A DNA stretch of 64,000 nt from Bdellovibrionales bacterium. GTDB taxonomy: Bacteria; Bdellovibrionota; Bdellovibrionia; Bdellovibrionales; UBA1609. The stretch lies in contig OZ241329.1 of the NCBI GenBank assembly GCA_965199825.1, positions 1,184,001-1,248,000 on the forward strand, in the 5' to 3' direction. How positions within the stretch are numbered: position 1 is the stretch's first letter; each line of letters starts with the position of its first letter. A program made the translations under genes and the position numbers. Shown piece after piece: positions 60,361 through 64,000 of the stretch. Under the pieces are notes generated by a model. It searched no databases. It saw only the letters and a list, made by a program, of their open reading frames with translations, and had not been told where the DNA came from.

Positions 60361-60464
60361 TTCAAGAGACTCCTTTTAAGAAAGAGCGTGATGCTCTGAC
60401 ACCTCTTATCCTAAATGCGCTCTATGAATCTGCGATGATGGCGCCGTGGACTTTTCTTCAAGCT

Positions 60465-61415
60465 TTAAGTTGAGACACTCCAGGCGAGTCGCTCAAGGGC
60501 TTCGGTTTCTTCAGCCCAGTAGGTGTAATCCTGAAATTGTGGAAAAAGCTGTGGAAACACGGGGTCTTTCCAGCGCCGAGCGATCCATGCGGCGTACGAA
60601 ATAATTCGTAATGCTCTTAAAAATGGAATGAGTTCGAGTTGGTGTTTGGGAAAGTGGCGGAATTCTTCGTAGCCCTCGAGAATTTGTTCGATCTCACTTT
60701 GAGACGTTTCTTGGTCGCCCGAGAGCAACATCCAAATATCTTGGACCTCAGGGCCCATCACAAAATCATCGAAGTCGACCACTACAAGATCTTTGGGCTC
60801 ATCAAGAACATCATAAAGCAAAAGATTGCCACGATGAAAATCGCCGTGGATTCTAAAAAAAGTGGTCTCGTCGAGTCTTTCGTAGAGGCCATCGAGCAAG
60901 ACTTCGGCGGCTTCGAAATACCTTCGTTCAACTTCGGGGGCAACCCAGTCGCTCAACAAGTTTAAATTCTCTTCGCCGTGATTAAATTGAGATCGATACT
61001 GCGTTGGCTTGGATTGTCCCACATTGTGGAGCTGGCCAAGCAAGCGGCCAATGCGGCGAAGTTCGGTAACATCACTGAGCATGCGCCCGTGGGCCTTTGG
61101 GAAGACCGCAAACTGCAATCCATGAATATCAGCCAAAGTCGAATCGCCAAGGATGAGCGGTGGGGCAGATCGAATGCCATTATCGAACAGCTCTTGAGTA
61201 AACTGGTGCTCTTCTAGAATTTGATCTTTGCTCCAGCGATTGGGGCGATAGACCTTTACGATCAACCGCTCGCGAGTGCTCTCTAGGGAAATTTCAAAAA
61301 CCCGATTCTCATAAGAGTTCAGTTGCACATACTCGCCTGTGGGGGCAAAACCGAAGTCTTCAAGTGTGTCCATTAAAAGATCAGGCGTAAGGGTTCGAAA
61401 CATCCAGTCCACCAT
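60465..61415 (-). CDS. srkA: Stress response Ser/Thr kinase SrkA/RdoA (YihE)
   Basis: LNSYENRVF, KVYRPNRWS, HGDFHRGN, DFDD, VQDIWML, RRWKDPVFP; start is 61415 or 61403. Confidence 0.92.
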   Translation of the reverse strand: MVDWMFRTLTPDLLMDTLEDFGFAPTGEYVQLNSYENRVFEISLESTRERLIVKVYRPNRWSKDQILEEHQFTQELFDNGIRSAPPLILGDSTLADIHGLQFAVFPKAHGRMLSDVTELRRIGRLLGQLHNVGQSKPTQYRSQFNHGEENLNLLSDWVAPEVERRYFEAAEVLLDGLYERLDETTFFRIHGDFHRGNLLLYDVLDEPKDLVVVDFDDFVMGPEVQDIWMLLSGDQETSQSEIEQILEGYEEFRHFPKHQLELIPFLRALRIISYAAWIARRWKDPVFPQLFPQFQDYTYWAEETEALERLAWSVST

Positions 61416-62121
61416 AACCGAATTTAACGGTCATCGCATTGAGATAATCAGACGGCGCGGCTTTAGAAGCATAAAGTTGCGGGTCAAGCCATTGCGTTAT
61501 GTGCAAGTGGTCGCCTCTTTGAGCGCCACCCAAAATGAGATTCTAAAATTTGTAGTGAGTGCCGAAAATTTTATTCAAGAGCGGCTTCGTGTCTACGAGG
61601 AGCATGAAAAAAAATATCCGCCAAAACAATTTGTGAGTGGTGAGAGTTTTTTGTTTCAAGGGCGAATGCTTAAACTCTGCATTTCGGAGTTTGAGGGGAA
61701 GCGTCCACAAATTGTGTTTAGCCAAAAAGAACTCTTTGTTTTTTTGCCCGTGGGTGCTGGTGTGGTGGACATCAAAAAATTGGTCATCCAAAATATTAAA
61801 AAACAAGCTGCAAAACTTTTGCTTCAGCGACTGGCCATTTACACCATAAAAATTGGTTACACCCCGGAGCGAGTTTTATTTCGTGGGCAAAAAACGGTGT
61901 GGGGCACCATGCGGTCCAATGGATTAATGACCCTCAACTGGAAACTGATTTTGGCTCCATTGGAGGTGATGGATTATATTGTGATCCATGAGATCTGCCA
62001 TATGCCGATCCCCTCACATTCAAAAAGTTTTTGGAAGATGGTCGAAAGTTTTGATCCCAAATTTAGAGAACACAAACAGTGGCTCATCGATCATGCGATG
62101 GAATTTAGGTATTTGGACTAG
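61366..62121 (+). CDS. YgjP/DUF45-like zinc metallohydrolase
   Basis: GESFLFQGR, QKTVWGT, LNWKL, DYIVIHEICH, HSKSFW; start uncertain (GTG 61339 or 61366). Confidence 0.85.
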   Translation: MSIKRSGVRVRNIQSTITEFNGHRIEIIRRRGFRSIKLRVKPLRYVQVVASLSATQNEILKFVVSAENFIQERLRVYEEHEKKYPPKQFVSGESFLFQGRMLKLCISEFEGKRPQIVFSQKELFVFLPVGAGVVDIKKLVIQNIKKQAAKLLLQRLAIYTIKIGYTPERVLFRGQKTVWGTMRSNGLMTLNWKLILAPLEVMDYIVIHEICHMPIPSHSKSFWKMVESFDPKFREHKQWLIDHAMEFRYLD

Positions 62122-63730
62122 CCAATTTTTTATCCAAATATTCATCATAAGTTTCATCGCTCACCAAAAGTTGATGACGATCAAGTTCAAAAACTCGGGT
62201 GGTAATGGCTCTTAGAAAATGACGATCATGGCTGACCACCATAATGGTTCCATTAAAAGTTTTTAAGGCTTCGAGCAAAACTTCGCGAGACTGAATATCA
62301 AGGTGATTGGTGGGCTCGTCGAACACCAAAAAATTAACCGGCTTTGCCAAAATTGTGGCGAGCACCACCCGCGATTTTTCGCCACCACTTAAGATCGAAA
62401 TTTTTTTGTCGACCTCATCACCCGAAAAGCGAAAGGCACCAAGTAACGTGCGCACCATTCCAACCGAGGCATTGGGAATGCGGCTTGAGACCTCTTCGAC
62501 AATGGTGAGCTTGGGATCAAGCACATCCATCGAATTTTGCGAAAAATATCCAAGCTCAATGCTTGCACCTAAGTTGAGAACGCCTTCAGTCGGATCGGTA
62601 AAGCCCGCGATCATTTTAAGAAGAGTCGATTTTCCAGCACCGTTGACTCCGACCACCGCCACTCGATCAAGCCGCTTGACGAGGGCTGTTGCTCCTTGAA
62701 ACACCAACTTTTCATTTTCATCGGTGGACCAAACTTTTTTGAGGTTTTCAAATTTGACCACCTCATCACCCCCGCGTGGGGGCTCGGGCCAAACAAATTG
62801 CATCGTTTTTTCTTCAGTAGGAATTTCGATGCGATCAATTTTTTCTAATTTTTTAACACGCGATTGAACCTGTGCTGCGTGCGAGGCGCGGGCGGCAAAG
62901 CGCGAGATAAATTCTTCTTCTTTCGCAAGCATATCGTCTTGTCGTTTTGCCGCCGAAATCAATTGCTCGCGCCGCACCTGGCGCTCGCGCACGTAGTAAT
63001 CATAATTGCCAGAGTAAACCGTAATCGTGCCATGACTGAGCTCAACAATTTTGTTGACCAAACGATTCATAAATTCGCGATCATGACTCGTCATCAGGAG
63101 CGCGCCCTTGTAAGCCCGAATCCAAGTCTCAAGCCAAAGGATCGATTCAAGATCGAGATGGTTTGTGGGCTCATCCATCAAAAGGACATCAGGGTTAAGC
63201 GCCAAAATTTTTGCCAGAGCAATTCGCATTTTCCAACCGCCACTAAAACTTTCGGTGGGGCGGTGATAATCGTCGGGACCAATTCCTAATCCAGTGAGGA
63301 TCTCGGCCACACGCGATTCAAGATCATAACCGCCCAGTCGCTCAAACTCTTCTTGAAGTTCTCCGTATTGATCAATGGCCTTAGTCATCTCTATTTCAGA
63401 AAGTTCGGTCGCCAGCTTTTGTTCGACATCGCGAAGTCGGGTTGAAACTTCGGCAATACGACCAGCTGCCGACTTGACCTCTTCAAAAGCACTTCGGCCC
63501 CTAAGGTCTTCGATATTTTGGGCAAAGTAACCCACCGTGATGCGATCGGGTTTGGTGACTTGACCTTCATCAACGGTTTGCTCGCCAGTAATCAATCGAA
63601 AGATCGTGGTTTTACCCGCGCCATTTGGACCAACCAGCCCAATTTTTTCGCCCGTGTTGATCTGAAACGACCCGTTTTTAAAAAGCAGTTTGTTGCCGTA
63701 GTGTTTGCTAATGTTGGAGAGATGAATCAT
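62105..63730 (-). CDS. ABC-F family ATPase
   Basis: Two ABC domains (GPNGAGKT/FSGGW, GVNGAGKS/LSGGE), DEPTNHLD twice, no TM; start at ATG 63730. Confidence 0.93.
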   Translation of the reverse strand: MIHLSNISKHYGNKLLFKNGSFQINTGEKIGLVGPNGAGKTTIFRLITGEQTVDEGQVTKPDRITVGYFAQNIEDLRGRSAFEEVKSAAGRIAEVSTRLRDVEQKLATELSEIEMTKAIDQYGELQEEFERLGGYDLESRVAEILTGLGIGPDDYHRPTESFSGGWKMRIALAKILALNPDVLLMDEPTNHLDLESILWLETWIRAYKGALLMTSHDREFMNRLVNKIVELSHGTITVYSGNYDYYVRERQVRREQLISAAKRQDDMLAKEEEFISRFAARASHAAQVQSRVKKLEKIDRIEIPTEEKTMQFVWPEPPRGGDEVVKFENLKKVWSTDENEKLVFQGATALVKRLDRVAVVGVNGAGKSTLLKMIAGFTDPTEGVLNLGASIELGYFSQNSMDVLDPKLTIVEEVSSRIPNASVGMVRTLLGAFRFSGDEVDKKISILSGGEKSRVVLATILAKPVNFLVFDEPTNHLDIQSREVLLEALKTFNGTIMVVSHDRHFLRAITTRVFELDRHQLLVSDETYDEYLDKKLASPNT

Positions 63731-64000
63731 GTGAGCTTTTATCTCGAAAAGTGGGTGTGGGTGCAATCTTATTTTAATATAAATAAAATATGTTTTTGTA
63801 GTTGGGGGTGGGCTGGCAACTTTGTTTCAGCAGTCGACTCTCCAAAATTTGGTATTGGTGTTTTCAGCGGGCACGATCAGTATTTCACCTCAACCTTAGT
63901 GCATCTGCCTTTCCATTTGATGGTGGGCACGATGATGTCCTGAGCAAAGCAAAGTCAGATTTTCAATAGCATCTGTGCCACCTTCCGATTTTGGAATCAA

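Noticed and set aside
566..63943. Numerous short antisense or alternate-frame ORFs in the track
   Set aside because: They shadow well-supported genes and show no motifs or translation signals.

Overview
A 64 kb chromosomal window, most likely from a predatory Bdellovibrionota bacterium. This is inferred from recR followed directly by mglA without mglB, the Ser in the MglA P-loop, RxPAS-type lipoproteins and a short Y1/RAYT-like transposase family. The housekeeping backbone comprises partial Rrf2, tolQRAB, cyclophilin, flbD-motA-motB, mtgA, a NodIJ-like ABC pair, tig, an ArsA-like pair with gshA, pepA, clpP-clpX-lon, tRNA-Val, ffs-dnaX-ybaB-recR-mglA, glutamine synthetase III, srkA and an ABC-F. 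Three accessory signals stand out. (1) A 27-unit, 18-bp tandem array lies upstream of a DUF222-like/HNH endonuclease. The array core (TCGTGCCC / GGGCACGA) recurs inside the HNH gene and again near 63.9 kb. (2) About nine unrelated signal-peptide proteins share a terminal CxxxL motif. Several carry domains that normally act in the cytoplasm: tandem winged-helix DNA-binding domains, a phage T5 A1-like metallophosphoesterase and a HAD domain. Two of them have sigma54-like promoters positioned for leaderless mRNA, so they are candidate prey-directed effectors. (3) Two RAYT-like Y1 transposases have REP-like flanks, and one is frameshifted. All calls come from reading the sequence; no searches were run.
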